Below are positions 23,588 to 38,062 of a stretch of 64,000 nt of DNA, piece by piece. The position numbers and the translations under genes were made by a program. The stretch's first letter is position 1. Every line of letters starts with the position of its first letter. The notes beneath the pieces are model-generated. The model did not search any database, was not told the DNA's origin, and saw only the letters and a list, made by a program, of their open reading frames with translations. The stretch comes from Octopus sinensis (taxonomy: Eukaryota): positions 88,040,001-88,104,000 of the forward strand of contig NC_043006.1 in assembly GCF_006345805.1 (NCBI RefSeq), read 5' to 3'.

Positions 23588-24267
23588 TTTTTTCCCCCTC
23601 TATTTCTGATTGTTTTAGATACTGACATATTTGATTGAGATTCTCTTTGAAAAGTCAAAGACCATTATTAACTTAATTTAATAATTTTGTAAAAACATTT
23701 GTTTTTAATTATCTCAACAAATTTTAACACAGGACTCACCTTTATTCTAATGTGATTTATTTCACATAGGATACAAATATCAAAGCAGCATAAATGTCAT
23801 CAGGCACTCTTATTGAAAATGGTGTGATGTTGACCAACTCAGATAAACTAGAACATTATCTGTTGATGTAAGTAAGAACATCATTCAGTAAGGTTAGAAA
23901 AGAGACTTGAAATAGGTGAATGAACTAATTATCTATTTAGTTGTTAACCTCAACTTGCAACATTTATTTTATGGATGTTTATCTCTTTTTTTTTAATATC
24001 TATTCGTTCAATCATCTTTTATACATATGTTAGTGTGTGTATTTTGTTGCTAGTGTTGAGATGCAATATCTATCTTGTACATTTATTTCTGTTTATGCAT
24101 GTTTTATTTGTATATCTGTTCTTATCTCTGTCTCTGTCTCTCTCTCTGTATATATATATGTATATATATATACATATGGAGGGAGAGAAAGAGAGAGATA
24201 TATGTGTGTATATTTTTATAAATACATCCATACAGACGTATATATGTACAAAATACATGTTTGCATT

Positions 24268-24592
24268 CTTTGATTCTTTTATTTGTTTCAGTCATTTTAC
24301 TGTGGCCATGCTGATGCACAGCTTTTAGTCAAACAAATCGACCCCAGGACTTATGGGGACGTAAACACTCCACCATCAGTTGTCAAGCTATAATGGGTGG
24401 TCAAACACAGACACACAACATACACACACACACACACATATATACAATGGGCTTCTTTCAGTTTCCATCTACCACATCCACTCACAAGGATTTGATCAAC
24501 CCGAGGCTATATTAAAGGACATTTTTGCAAGGAGTGAGACTGCACCTGAAACCATGTGGTTGGTAAACAAGCTACTTATCACACAGCCACTC
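24268..24592 (-). mobile_element. tRNA-derived SINE, family B, internally deleted
   Basis: Reverse complement of 56584-56962 (GGAGTGGCTGTGT..AAGTAGC head; CATGGCCACAGTCAAATGAC.GAAACA tail). Confidence 0.75.
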
Positions 24593-26039
24593 CTGCACCT
24601 ATATGTATATATATCAACATCAAATTTTACCTCATAATATATATTTCTCACATATATTTTAACCCTTAGCCATTTTTTAAATTAATTAATTTTGCTCACA
24701 TATTCACTCACTCTCATACACACATACACGCACACACACAAGATTATACAAATATTTTAGACAGTCATTAAAGTGACGGCTGATATATATTGAGAAAATT
24801 GTAAAATCTTCAGTGTTACTGCTCTGTAAATTACCAACCTTATCAATTACATTCAAAATAGACAAATTGAAGGTGATGATATATTGGAGTAAGAAAGACT
24901 AACAGAACAGTTACATCAATAAAACAAATATATGATATCTATAGTGACTTTATTCAACTGCTGACACTAATGTCACTGGTTTGTCACATGTGCTAATTCA
25001 GCCAATCAGAGATTAGTAATCTGCATGCTTTTTTTTTTTTGTGTGTGTGTGTGTGTGTGTGGCTACTTAAAGCGAACATGCAACTGGCTTTTGGCTGAAA
25101 TCATTTGACATAAGAGAAGTTTAGCAGCTGATCTTTCCAACCTCTTCTCATGCAGATACCAAGAATCAATAACAAAGAATTGAACTGATTCTTTTCAGCT
25201 GCTTTAGAACGTGATACATGTTAAACTGTACGCGGAATCTTTTGGCAAATGTCTATTACTACCTGCTTTAAAACATGTTATCTATGTCTAACTTTACTGC
25301 TGTCAATTTTCTGCTCATTAACATTTTGACTTTACAAACATTACAAGCACAAACATATGTTCATACATTTTCTATAACACTTTCTACAACACATTATTCA
25401 AAATTGATTTTGTAAAGTAAGAAAACAAACAGATACATTTCCACAGCACATTATTCAACTGAGTTTGTAAAACTGTAAGAAAATATGTATATACATTTCC
25501 AAATATTTATGTAAATTTCTCTTGATTAATCTTGTAAATCAACACCTATATATTCTGTATCTGAATATTATCCTATTTTAACCTCTACCTGCAAACTACA
25601 CACTACCTATAAGCTCAATTATTCTACCAACAAACTTAGAAAACATCTATTTTATTGTTGGTATAGAGAAATTAAAAGTCAAAAATGTTTTCTACAGATC
25701 TGCTTCTCTCTTCTCACTGCCAAATCACACCAAATACTATAACATACAAATTCATGTAATCAATATATGGTTTGAAGGTTATTACATCAGAATTGAACTT
25801 CACTATTTATGTTCTTGTTGTTCTTTAAGAAGGTTGTGAAGTGGTGAAATGGTAAAATATAGTATTTGACAAATGTAACATGACTAAGAAAATGTAATAT
25901 TGTTTCTCAACATTTTGTGCTCCAAGTTGTCTGTGATGAATAAATATCAGTTACATACTGATATTTATTCCATTGATTTTCCTCTTTCACTACAAATCTA
26001 TCACCTTTAATCAGTCATACAGAAATCATCCTTAAAACT

Positions 26040-26340
26040 TCTCACACCCCATTCTATGCAATCCTCTCAACCCAGTAGAGTTTGCTACAGTCCTTTAGCT
26101 TACCAACTGCTGTAAAATCATCCAAACCATGCCAATAAGGAAAACAGATGTTAAATGATGATGATGATAATGATGATGATAATATATCAAGAAGGCAGTG
26201 GATAACAGAATAGTAGACTACCAGACGGAATATCTTGCAGTATTTGGTTACATCCTAAATCCAAATCTTTCTAGAATCAATTTTGTCTTTTCACCTCTAA
26301 GGTTGATACAATAAGTTCCAGTAATACAAGATATAGATTA
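26040..26340 (+). mobile_element. Degenerate RTE-type tail with (GAT)n, followed by a degenerate family A SINE
   Basis: CCAAACCATGCCAATAAGGAAAACAGATGTTAAATGATGATG, then AAGGCAGTGG..CAGAA.. Confidence 0.45.
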
Positions 26341-27154
26341 AATTAACTATATTCCTTCTTAATAAATATATATTCCTTCTCTAAAAGTAAAATTCAATAT
26401 TATTCTATGGCAAAAGCAGTAAATAACACAGACTGGGAGATTAAATTTTTGTACACAATGAGCCTGTAATAACTTTTTCACAACTTGGAGTTGTTTTGCT
26501 ACTCAGAATGTAACTAATACCCTTCTGAAATGCATGGATATTTAAGAATTTTCTATATTCCCAGTTTAAGATATTGGTTTCTACATATCCATCTTCATAG
26601 TTTTTCTTTTATTACTAAAATATTTTGTTTGCTTCTGGTTACAGCCCTTTGTGTTTTCAATTCAAATCCTGCTAGGTTTAACTTTACATTTATTTTCTTC
26701 AAGATTAATAAGATATATACCAACATAGTCATCTATAATATATATTTCTCTCAACAATTGTATGACATTGTGCCAATGTTAGAAAGGAATAATCTATTTG
26801 AATTTTAAAAAATATGCATCTTGGATTTTAGTAGTGTATAACTAAGGAGACTGGAACAGAAGCAGACAAGAGAATACCTGATGATCACTTAGGTTTAAGC
26901 TTAGATAGATATGTTCTGTGTTCATGTATGTCTTCTCTATTTTGAACTGTTTGCCAAAAGGTTTAAGATGTAATCTTGGCCCCTATTGCATTAGAAAGTG
27001 ATTTTGAGGAAAATTTAACTGCTATATTAACAAGCTTTCACTAATTTATTTGTTTATTTTTGGATCCTTGTTGACAATGAGTATTTGAACACTTATTTTC
27101 AATTAATAAAGTAGGTGCTCATATATTTGATGGAATAAATGAAGAACTTTTAAT

Positions 27155-27636
27155 TACCGTAAATTCTTGAGTATAATCTGCATTTTTCCCCAAAAATTTA
27201 TAGGTCAGAATCTCTAGCGCATACTGTATACGAGGTTAAAAATGAAAAATATTTTCTAAGCAATGTCCGAGTCTCTATTTGCTGTCGGGCACAAAAATAC
27301 CTTAAGCTAAGCCTGAAAGCAATGAAGTCATAAAAGAATCATCCATAACTTGCAGTAAGCAACATTTGTTAAATGTTATTACTGTTATTTCTTTATTTTC
27401 TGCAAACAAAATGCACAAAAAAGCTACATGTTTGCATTATGTCATATATACAATAATAATAAAGGACGTTACCGAATACAGTTTTACAAACCAAGGACGT
27501 TATATAAACCTCCTTAACTTAAGTTAGAGAAGGGGTGTGTATTTTACACAAGGTTTAGGTTTTTCAGAGGCACAGCCCCCTAAAAATCCCCTGCGTATTA
27601 TACTCAAGGGCAGACTATACTCAAAGATTTACGGTA
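27155..27636. mobile_element. 482-bp non-autonomous DNA transposon (MITE), probably Tc1/mariner-pogo superfamily
   Basis: TIRs TACCGTAAATTCTTGAGTATAATCTG and reverse complement of 27611-27636 match 23/26; TA termini; no ORF. Confidence 0.8.
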
Positions 27637-28217
27637 ATCAAAATTCCTCCTCTAATGAATGGAAAAATTAATCATCACAATGACAAAATAGTAGGGGATA
27701 CAACCCTGGAATTTAAGTCAATTAAAAGAAGAATGTAATGTGGAGGGCTTGGCTTTGTTTATTGGCAACGTAGTGACAATCCCAGACATGTTGTGGTCTT
27801 ATTAGGGCTCAGTAGTAAAGCATTGTCTAACTATAACTGAAAAAACCTTAGACTGACTAGAGAGAAGTATATGTAGAGCTTTAACAAGAAAACAATGAGT
27901 GGTGTGATGGTTTATGATGGTTGGAGAAAAAATATGCAGGGCTATCTGTGCAGTATGAAAACCTAATAGTAATAAAGATGCTAACATACTTGATTTAGTG
28001 AGTCAAGATATTTCTATAAATTTAAATAACACCTGTGCTGATGAGAAAGATCATTATCTTAATGACAATTAGTTCAGATAAGAGCTACTAGACAATTTAA
28101 TTTTTGCTAGGGAGAGAGCTATTTGAACTGGAAGTTGTAATTACCTAAGGGTTATTATCAGGTCAAAGTACTTTTCAAGATCGACCCTAGCAATACTGTT
28201 TTGTATGGATTTTAATA

Positions 28218-28410
28218 TTGGTTTCAAATGCTTAGCACGAAGCCAACAGTTTTGAGGGTGGGGCTAAATCGATTACACCAACCCCAGTGCTTAACTGGTA
28301 CTTATTTTGTTGATCCCAAAAGGATGAAATGCAAAGCTGACCTTGGTAGAATTTGAACTCAGAACACAAGGACAGACAAAATGCCGATTGATATTTTGCC
28401 CAGCCATTTT
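28218..28410 (-). mobile_element. Family A SINE
   Basis: CCCCAGTGCTTAACTGGTACTTATTT..AAAGGATGAAA.GCAAAG..GACCTTGG.AGAATTTGAACTCAGAAC. Confidence 0.75.
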
Positions 28411-29347
28411 TCCATTTTTATATAGATTTTAATATTACTTTGTTGTATATGGTATTGCAGTGCTAGTTTACTTCAATAATAGTTCATTTTAATATTTTTG
28501 GTTTGATGAGGTAAGGCACTAATAAATGCTCTGCTTTTTTTAATGCATGTTGCAATACTGAGAGAAAACATACTTGTTAATATTATGTTGAATCCAATCA
28601 CATAATTAAAACTAATGATCATTTAATAAGTACTGAGGCATACAGTTACCAATATAGGGAAATTGATTCATTATGCTGGCATTTTTAATTATTAAGGATT
28701 ACTGAAGGATCATTAAATATAAGTTTATTTTTTCTATACTTAATATCTCATGCTGTTTCAGAATCATCCAACATGTATTAACAAGGAAAAGCAATTGTAA
28801 AAGTTTTTAAAAAATATTTTAATGCAATATCCATATTAACCATCCATTTCAACAAATGTTAAAACATTATTACAGCCTTTAGAGAGCTGCCTCATTATTT
28901 CGCTATTGGAATTCACTGTTCATATGCATTGGAGTAATGTTAAAGAATTTGAGATATTACGTATTTAGATATTCAAATTTTCCAACTGCGGCATAATGGA
29001 TACAAAATATTGATTTCCTTGTTGGTCTTGTTGTCATCACAGCTTGACATTATGAAAAAGAGATGATATTACTTATTATGTATTCATTTAAAGCAATGAG
29101 ATACTGCAATTGTTCCTAATGGGAAAAGAACTACATTGCATATCTGTAAAAGACAAGTACTGCATAGTACAGAGCGATTTCTTTTTCTTTTCCATGAAGT
29201 GATGGAATGACTGGCCAAAGTGCTGGAATTGAAATCTTGCCATTTATATTGAAATGTTTCTGCACTCTTGAACTTTTGTTGCCTGACATAAATAACACTG
29301 GATCCATTTATGTCTTTTTTCATTTCTGTTTTAAATCATCATCATCA

Positions 29348-29379
<32 letters not shown>

Positions 29380-32300
29380 GCAAGAATTTGTATGATGATA
29401 GATGTCAGTTGAGCGATCTATAATCAACAGCACCAGACATCTCATAAGTAATATTTAAGAAACTACCTCCAGAGAAATTTCAAGCTCAAATCCACTCACT
29501 TTTTGCATTTTCTACAGTTCTTTAAAAGTTTCATTTAATTGATCTTTCTGAAGTTATTTTGCTTGCCATTTTTAGAACTGTATACAACTCTTGAGGATGG
29601 TTTTGTTAACTAATTGCAATGATAATCTCAGTCGTTCTAAATTTTTTAGCACTTAATATTACACATATGAGTCACAATTGCATTTGTATTTAGCATCCCT
29701 GAAACAGTTTCCCTCAGCCAATTTATAATCAATATTGCTGCTCTTTATATTAATTGATCTTACTTTTGTCGATCGAACACAACAGACTTCACTGAGTAGA
29801 CCTAGTAAAACTGACATATTTTTTGCTTTTACCAGACGTATTTCGAGACCGGGTTTTCCTTCAAAGAATTTCAATTAACTGAAGTTATCTCCCTTGTTAG
29901 CTTAATATTTTATGCACTTTTATATAGAGTTAATGTCAAATAATACCATGGATAATCTCATCTAGTTAAAGGTTTTCAAATCACTACATATGTGAGACTT
30001 TACCTTATTTGCATTTTGTATGAAGAATGCTATCCTGAGGTAATTTCCTTCACCTTTGATATTATCAGACAGCCAACCCTGAAGCCAGATAATTTGAGTT
30101 GATTGTAGTTCTATCCAAGAACAACATTTAGAGATAGTAGGATGAAATTATTTCTCAAAAAAGCCTTCTTAACCCTACTTTCCTGCTGCTTTGATGTCCT
30201 CAATTCTGTCATTTTTCCTTTCCTCATCATATAATCAACCTTTACAATTCTAAATTTGCTGGTTGTATTGTTATGTTAGTCAAATTTTCTTCTGCATGCC
30301 TTTTTTCTATTAAAAAAAAAAAAGAAGCAAGCCTAGACATCACTTACAAGCAAGTATGATTTAGTAGCAAGTACCATACTTTTACTAAGTATTTTAGGTG
30401 CCTAGCAGCTATAAACACCCTCTCAGGCCTCCCACTCTTGACTCAGTGGAATATCCAGGATGTGACAGGCAGAGGGAGAGGGGTCTATCATCATTGGACT
30501 AGTACTTAATTTTGACTGAGCAGACTGGAGCAATGCAAAATGCAGACCCTTACTAAAGAACAGAATGCACCATCTGGTTCAAGTAATGCCATCAAGAACT
30601 TATGATACTGAGACCAACGCTATTGGAACTAATCAAAATCAAAGCAATATCATTTACCCCAAATATCTTCTGTTATAAAATTAATTGGTATTCATAATGT
30701 ACTAGGGTTTGCCTACTGTTCCCCAAAACTGAACATTGAAAAGTAGTATCTATTTCAGTTTGGAGTGCTTTTGCCATTGTGCTTTTGTTATTTGTTTCTT
30801 TTGTTCAAAAATTTCTCAATACACTTTTTCAACAGCTACTAGAACTACTATTGCTGCTTCATTTTCATAATATTAGCTTTTAAACTGTGATAATCAGATT
30901 AGCTTAACAGGTTAAAGCTGAAAGAGAAGAGTACAACAATTGAATAGCTTCTCAGCATACTAATTTGATCACTATTATTCTTTGGGTTTATTTCCTTTTA
31001 TTATTTTTGTCTTTTTTTTTTCACATAGAACTATCAATTGCATCATTCTGGAATTTTTGGATGAATTTTATTTCAGAAAAAGAAATTATAGGAATAATGG
31101 CAACTCTGACAACAACAGCAGCAATATTAACAGCAACAACAATAACAGCAATAACAAGATTGATAGTTGAATATACACTGAAAGAAAACTATCTTTAGCC
31201 ATCACCAAAACAGGCACCACTTATTGATCCCATAACAGGCATGGATTCATCATTTTCTATATAATGTCACATTACAAAAAAAAGAAATAAAGAAATATTT
31301 TCAGAGACATGTTTAATGCTACTATAGATTCCATTAATATCATATCTGATTTTATATGCATTTATTAACCCTTTCTTCCAAATGGCACCAGCTTTCACCA
31401 ATGACTTTGATACAATCATTGTTCTTCCTTGTCCTCTCAAAAACACTTTTTTTTATTTCTATTTATAACTGGTTCATTGTCAAATTTGTGTCAATCTTCC
31501 TTTTACTTGAATTGTCTTCATTGACAAATGGCTAAGAGGAACTAAATTCATATTCAACTGGTATGAGGAAAAAAAAATCAGATTCTGCTACACAGTTTGT
31601 ACTATGCTTTTAGGAAAGAAACATATCTCCAGTTGTTATGTTGTACCTAATGGCAAATTAGATATCACCTCCACCCAATTCAAACCACTGGAATTTATAT
31701 CTAAGAATGGAAAGTATATATTAATTTCAGTATAGACACAAAGACCGAGATTTATAAAGGTAAAGAAATAGGAAGTTGTAATTCATATTTCAATTCATTC
31801 TTTTCAAAAGATATTAATGAGCCAAAAAGGAATGGTTCCAAGCAAGAACTGACCTTGGTTTATCAATTCAGTTACAGGAAACTCAAAATTTCAGCAGTGC
31901 ACCCACAAAGGAAACAACATTATTTGCAAAGGAATTCCTCCGATGCATGATTGGCTTGCGACTTTAATTGAAAGAAGAGTAAATTATATCCATTCATCAT
32001 GTTTATATTTTACTCACGGTAGCTTTAATAGATTCAATATTGAGTTGAGACATATCAGTAAAAATGTTATCAACACTATTGTAGAATATGTCCCAGGGTA
32101 CAAGATATTTTCTTAGTATGCTGATGAAAATGCTTAGAGCTTACTAAGTGAAAAGTAGAATTTTGTACTAATATTTGAAATGACTGTGAATCATTTCATT
32201 CGTTCATTCAGCTTCATGTCTATTCTTATCATGTTAGCATCAAGTAAATGAAACTTGTTCAGGATGTCCTCCCTATCACCAACTTATACTTTTTCATGAA

Positions 32301-32574
32301 GTAAAATATGTCTTTTTGGATTCCACTTGTCCTAAAGCACTAAAAGCCAAAACTCTGCCTTGCAGGGACTGTAAACAAAGACAACGAGATTTTCACTCAC
32401 ACAAATGAGGACACATGAAACAATATTCATGCACCCATCCACCCACACATACACCTTCCTCCCCCCCACATATACATATTACACGCATACATACATATTA
32501 TAATCATCATCATTTTAATGTCCACTATTCCATGCTTGCATATGTGTGTGTGTGTGTGTGTGTATGTGTGTGTG

Positions 32575-32925
32575 TGTTCAAGGACAACACACACACATTC
32601 ACACTCAAAACCGCACTGAAGTACTTTGAGGTCAACCTTAACACCAAGGAAATGCAAGCACAGGACCATCATGTCTTCTGGCAAAGCAACACCAACAGAG
32701 GTGCTGCCTCCTACATGCAGAACAAGATTGCAAAAGCACAAAAATAAACATGAACTGTGAAAGTCTGGAGCCAACTCCTTGCCTTTATTCCTAGCAGACC
32801 ACCAGTGCCAGATTTGCGGCTGAGCCTTCCAAGTGTGCATTGGACTGATCAGCTACAGCTGGATACACCATGACCCATCTTCTTCTCCCATATGATGTCT
32901 TGTCAACAACAGATGAACATCATCA
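32575..32925 (+). mobile_element. RTE (BovB-like) ORF2 C-terminal fragment
   Basis: FKD..TLKTALKYF....E.QAQDH..W...RGAA.Y, then THQCQICG*AF..CIGLISYS.IH. Confidence 0.7.
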
Positions 32926-32938
32926 TTATTATTAGTTA

Positions 32939-32969
<31 letters not shown>

Positions 32970-32970
32970 A

Positions 32971-33007
<37 letters not shown>

Positions 33008-33179
33008 TTCATTTGGCCATACATTCAAATGCTTTTCAACCTTTTTGGGGTCAATAAAATAAGTACCAGATGACCACTGTAGTCCATGTAATCAACCAGA
33101 CTACCTTCCCTGAAAATTATCAGGCCTTCTACTTATTGTAGAAAGTATTATAATTATCACTAGTAGTAGTAGTAGTAGT

Positions 33180-33218
<39 letters not shown>

Positions 33219-34379
33219 GTTACAGTGGACTGTATCTTTAGATTCATTTCTAGAAGAAACATCTTGTGCAGATTTATTTTTAGCAGAGGTCAAACTAGAA
33301 CGTGAAGAAGACATTGGAAATCAAGTGTATAAACTAACCTGTTCGACCACCTGATATGTTATTCGAGAAAAATTTTTAAATCCCCTTTGGTGAGTTTGAG
33401 CTATCTTCCACAAGATTACCCCAGTGTTCTTTCTATTATTAATGGTGAAAGTATTTTAAAACCAATCTCTTTTCCTGCACACTTAAGCCTTGTCAAAACA
33501 ATTTTGGAGGATAGTTATAAGGCTGTTAATTTTTTAACACTTTGTAAATTTATTATGCCTCATGCTGAAAGCTCATTACCTCACTTGCTTAATTCATTCT
33601 CTATGAACCAAGTAATGATGCTAAGTTCTTTCATACAATTTTCTAATTCAATAGAACATTTTGATAAAATTTCATATTTTATTTATGATGTTAACAGTTC
33701 AAGGTGAATTTTAAAGTAGGTCATGCTTGTATGATCAATGTATAATAGATTACCATAAAATTCAGAGAAAAATATTCAATCAGTACTAGACCCACACACA
33801 CACACAATATTGTGGCTAAGATAGTTTAATGCTAATCATAAGATCTTGAGACCAAATTTTATTATAGCCTAGCCTGCATTGTTCCACTAGTTTAGGCACA
33901 CCATTAGGTATGTTATTCAGTTTAGCTAAAATATAAGAGCCATATCCATTCCATGGAAAAGCAGAATAATGTATCTATAAATATACTCTCCCCAACAATA
34001 TGCAAATACACAAATTTGCAGAATATATATATCTCATCCATATTGGCATAGAATAATGGGTTTGAAACACACAAATGGAAAACAAAGAGCAAAAGTTATA
34101 AGACTATGAAAGACAAAGTAGAACAAAGGATTTATTAGTGTTAAAAGCTAAAGTATTGAAGTGCATATTTCTTTATGACATGCTTAAAAGGAAACAAATT
34201 ATATTAGAAAAGGAAAAACTAAGATAGTGAACAAGAAATCTAAGAATGAGCAGCATGTTGAATAAAAATAATAATAAGCTGGGTTCCTGAAACTTTATTC
34301 TGATTCTCAGTGAGAATAATTTCAATTGTCTTACATCACATTTTTATGAAAGGCATTTATTTATTATATAAATGTTCCT

Positions 34380-34800
34380 AGCATAGGCACAAAGCATGCA
34401 GTTTTGGATGAGAGGTTAGTCATTTATATTGCCCCAATACTTGACCAGTACTTTATTCTATCAGGATGAAAGGTAAAGTTGACCTTGGCAGGAAATGAAC
34501 TCAAAATTTAAAAACCAAAAGAAATACTACAAAGCACTTAGGCAAACACTCTAGAAAATCTGCCAATCCACCATCTTTTTGTGTATCACATGATAACATT
34601 TCCTTTTCCCTGTAAATATGCTATTGTAACTGTGTAAGAAATAATGGATGCAATCATGGATGCATGGTTAAGAAGTTACCATTATAATTACACGGTTTTG
34701 AGTTCAATCTCAGTATACAATACTTAAGACAAGTTTTTCTACCTTAGCCTTGGATCAACCAACAACGATTGAAATTTGGTGAATGGGAACTGTGTGAAAA
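34380..34800. mobile_element. Degenerate family A SINE (-, ~34380-34580) and degenerate family B SINE (+, ~34650-34800)
   Basis: GGATGAAAGGTAAAGTTGACCTTGGCAGGAAATGAACTC; TGGTTAAGAAGTT..GGTTTTGAGTTCAATC.. Confidence 0.5.
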
Positions 34801-35539
34801 CTGTTGCAGGGACTGTTCCTGTTCCTATACCCACCACACACACACACACACATCTTAACAACCTACCTCTAACACTTGGGTGCCTTTAGCAGAGTCCACT
34901 CTGTTACAAGTATTCTGGTTAAGTCTCAGATCTGAGGAGACTTTTCTTCCTTCCTTCCATCAGTCTCTGATACCCTAAATAATATCTTGAGCCCCGCTCT
35001 TTTTATTCTGACTAACCCAATAGAAAGAGAAACTACAGCTGTCAATGAAACATGGTTTCAGCTAGAACTGAGCTGTAGCATACATTTTTTAACTTTGGAA
35101 TCAGACTTTAAGAGTTCAACCAACTGTAACCACCTTACTAATCTATTATTTTTCATAGTCAATAAGTAGAAACCAACCATATCGAGAAGGAAATATGTTG
35201 AAAGTTTTTCACTTCCCCGTTTTAATTCCAGTTTCCCATGCTGGTATAGGTGAGATGAATTTCACATTTGGGTTCTCTTCAACTGTTCAATCATTCAAGC
35301 AGGAACCAAATCAGCTTTATGTTCAGCCAGGTTAACTGAAGAAAGCAGTGGTTTTGTACTGGGTTTAGAAATTCAACATTAAAAAGCAATATCATCTGAA
35401 CTTAGGACTTTGCTTAATCAGGGTTCCAGTGCATTATCATCATCAGGAGTCTGCTCACCAATGTTAGGATAGAGTTGCCTTTCTCTCTGTATTATACTCC
35501 TGCATATTTGAGTGGTTTTTTAGTCTTGTGAGTTACATG

Positions 35540-35705
35540 GGAAACTCACTGATGCTCCAGCAGTGAACAGGTTGGTGTTAGGAATAGAAACCATGCCAAA
35601 GCAGATATTGGAGTAGTTCTCTGACTGACTGGATCATGTTGAACTGTCCAACCCATGCCAGCATAGGAAACATGCTAAATGATGATAATCATCATCATCA
35701 TCATG
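35540..35705 (+). mobile_element. RTE-type 3' tail, degenerate
   Basis: ACTGTCCAACCCATGCCAGCATAGGAA followed by GAT/CAT repeats. Confidence 0.55.
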
Positions 35706-36744
35706 ACATCGACACGGATGAATATAGCAATGATAAGGAGGAAGAAGGGTGAGGAAGAGGAGAAGAAAGAAGGGGAGTGAGCAGAAAGAGGAGAGGGAGG
35801 GATGAGATCAATGCTTCATAGTTTTAATGCCATACTCTAAGGTTATCTTTGCCTTTCATCATGACATGGTTTATAAAATAAGCAATTTTCAATAGGTCAC
35901 ACATCTTACAGAAGTACTGCTAAATGCCCCAGTATTAAAACAACACCATTAATATATAATAATTTTTCATGTTAAAATAGGTAACATTATTTTTCATATT
36001 CTGACATTTTCTTTAGATGCGTATCTTATAGATTTTGAAAGCATGTCAGGAGTACTTGTTTTCAGCTGAAAGTAATATATCATGTATACAAGGTACTTCT
36101 CACCTTTCACTGTGTGTTGTAGCATGTTAGAATTTAAGGGGTCAAGTAAATGAAGCATTGGTGTTCTGAATAGAAATATTGTAGGTATGGGATGTGGTCA
36201 GTCATGCACTAGAAATTGGTAACATTTCAATCATAGCTCATGTTAAAGAATCAAGTTTCATTATAAGATTCTAACATATGAGAACACTCACAATAAATAT
36301 AAACTTGCAAACCCTGATGCACTTCCATGGAGATTTTGCATTTTTATCTTAACAAAAGTACTTCTTAAATTATTAGCTTCTTCCAGGTCTAGAAAATATC
36401 TCAACAATTCACATCCCGCATAATATTCAGTTGGTCCATATGGTAGGGTTTTGCTCACATATATGGGGCTGTGTTTCTAGAACACACTAAAACATCATAG
36501 GAAAGATCAAAAAGAAGTGAATCATGCCAACTGACAAACATTTATTCATTGTAATATTACACCTCTTGGTTACAGTTATCCTATTTCCTCTTTCTGACTC
36601 TTCTACTGCTGTTATAATATCTTCTTTCTTTGCATCTGAACTTAGAAGCTGCAAACTACCACCATTATTTGATAGCTGAAAGATTACTGAATCTTTTGAT
36701 ACCAAATGCATCAAAATCAGCAACTCAGTTTTCGAATCCATAAG

Positions 36745-36784
<40 letters not shown>

Positions 36785-36799
36785 CGATCTTCGAACATT

Positions 36800-37475
36800 A
36801 GGCCTCACCAAGGCAATGACTAGTGACTGAGGCCTTTGGAAATATGCAGTGCATGAGAAGACCTGGCAAGCCAAGTGAGACCATAACCTGTGTCCTTGCC
36901 ATGGGTGTAACCAGCCCACTTATGCATACCTTTCCTTCACTGGACACTAAACTCTGCTTGCAAAGACCTGTTGACGCACGTGAAACTGAAATCAAATCAA
37001 ATTCGATGACTGGTAATTGTGCCAGCGGGAAGCTAAGAGCACCATCCGAGTGTGATCATTGCCAGAGCAGCTGACTGGCTTCCGTGCTGGTGGCACGTAA
37101 AAAGTACTCTTCGAGTGTGATAGTTACAGTGTTACCTTACTGGCACTTGTGCTGGTGGCACATGAAAAAACATTTGAGCAAGGTCGTTGCCAGTGCCGCT
37201 GGACTGGCTCCTGTGCAGGTGGCACATAAAAAACACCATTTGAGCATGGCCGTTGCCAGTACCACCTGACTGGCTCGCATACCGGTGACACATAAAAGCA
37301 CCCACTTCACTCTTGGAGTGGTTGGTGTTAGGAAGGGCATCCAGCTGTAGAAACTCTGTCAGATCAGATTAGTGCTTGGTGCAGCCATCTGGTTCACCAG
37401 TCCTCAGTCAAATCATCCAACCCATGCTAGCATGGAAAGCAGACATTAAACAATGATGATGATGATGATGATGAT
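36800..37475 (+). mobile_element. RTE LINE 3' end: ORF2 C-terminus, 3' UTR with internal tandem modules, (GAT)n tail
   Basis: GLTKAMTSD*GLWKYAVHEKT; repeated GGTGGCAC.TAAAA modules; palindromic CCATGCTAGCATGG tail. Confidence 0.8.
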
Positions 37476-37489
37476 TTGATGTATAAACA

Positions 37490-37730
37490 ATACCTATTTC
37501 TTTACTACCCACAAGGGGCTAAACACAGAGGGGACAAACAAGGGCAGACAAACAGATTAAGTTGATTACATCAATCCCAGTGCGTAACTGGTACTTAATT
37601 TATCGACCCCGAAAGGATGAAAGGTAAATTCGACCTCGGCGGAATTTGAACTCAGGACGTAACGGCAGACGAAATACGGCTACTCATTTCGCCCGGCGTG
37701 CTAATGTTTCTGCCAGTTCGCCACCTTTAA
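37490..37730 (-). mobile_element. Family A SINE, near consensus, 9-bp TSD (TAAACAATA)
   Basis: tRNA-like head with B-box-like GAGTTCAAATTCC on the minus strand; TSD on both sides. Confidence 0.9.
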
Positions 37731-38062
37731 ACAATATAAAAAATACCAATATATCATAAATGGGTTATAAAACCTAGTTTCATAAATCATATTTCTACAT
37801 TCAAACCAAATTTTTTCCTCCCTTAAGATTTACCAGTAATTTACCAGTAATTTACAGTAATTTACCAGTCAATTCAATCAGCCATATCCACTTCTTTAAC
37901 AAGAAACTAACTTTGTTACTAACATAGAAATTATATTTGTTTTCCATATTATTTTTGTCATATGTATGCTAATATTCTTATCCATAATATTCTTGTCTGT
38001 AATTATTACAGTTATTATTATCATCCCATCTAGCTTTACAACCATCATTATCATCACCATGT

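Noticed and set aside
33227-33707. 106-aa plus-strand ORF and an upstream open frame
   Set aside because: No recognisable motif and no consistent splice-site pair; TTG start only.
36487-36740. Minus-strand ORF with a faint resemblance to a pogo/CENP-B HTH (KKEDIITAVEE..VTKRCNI)
   Set aside because: Too weak, with no TIRs or downstream DDE domain.
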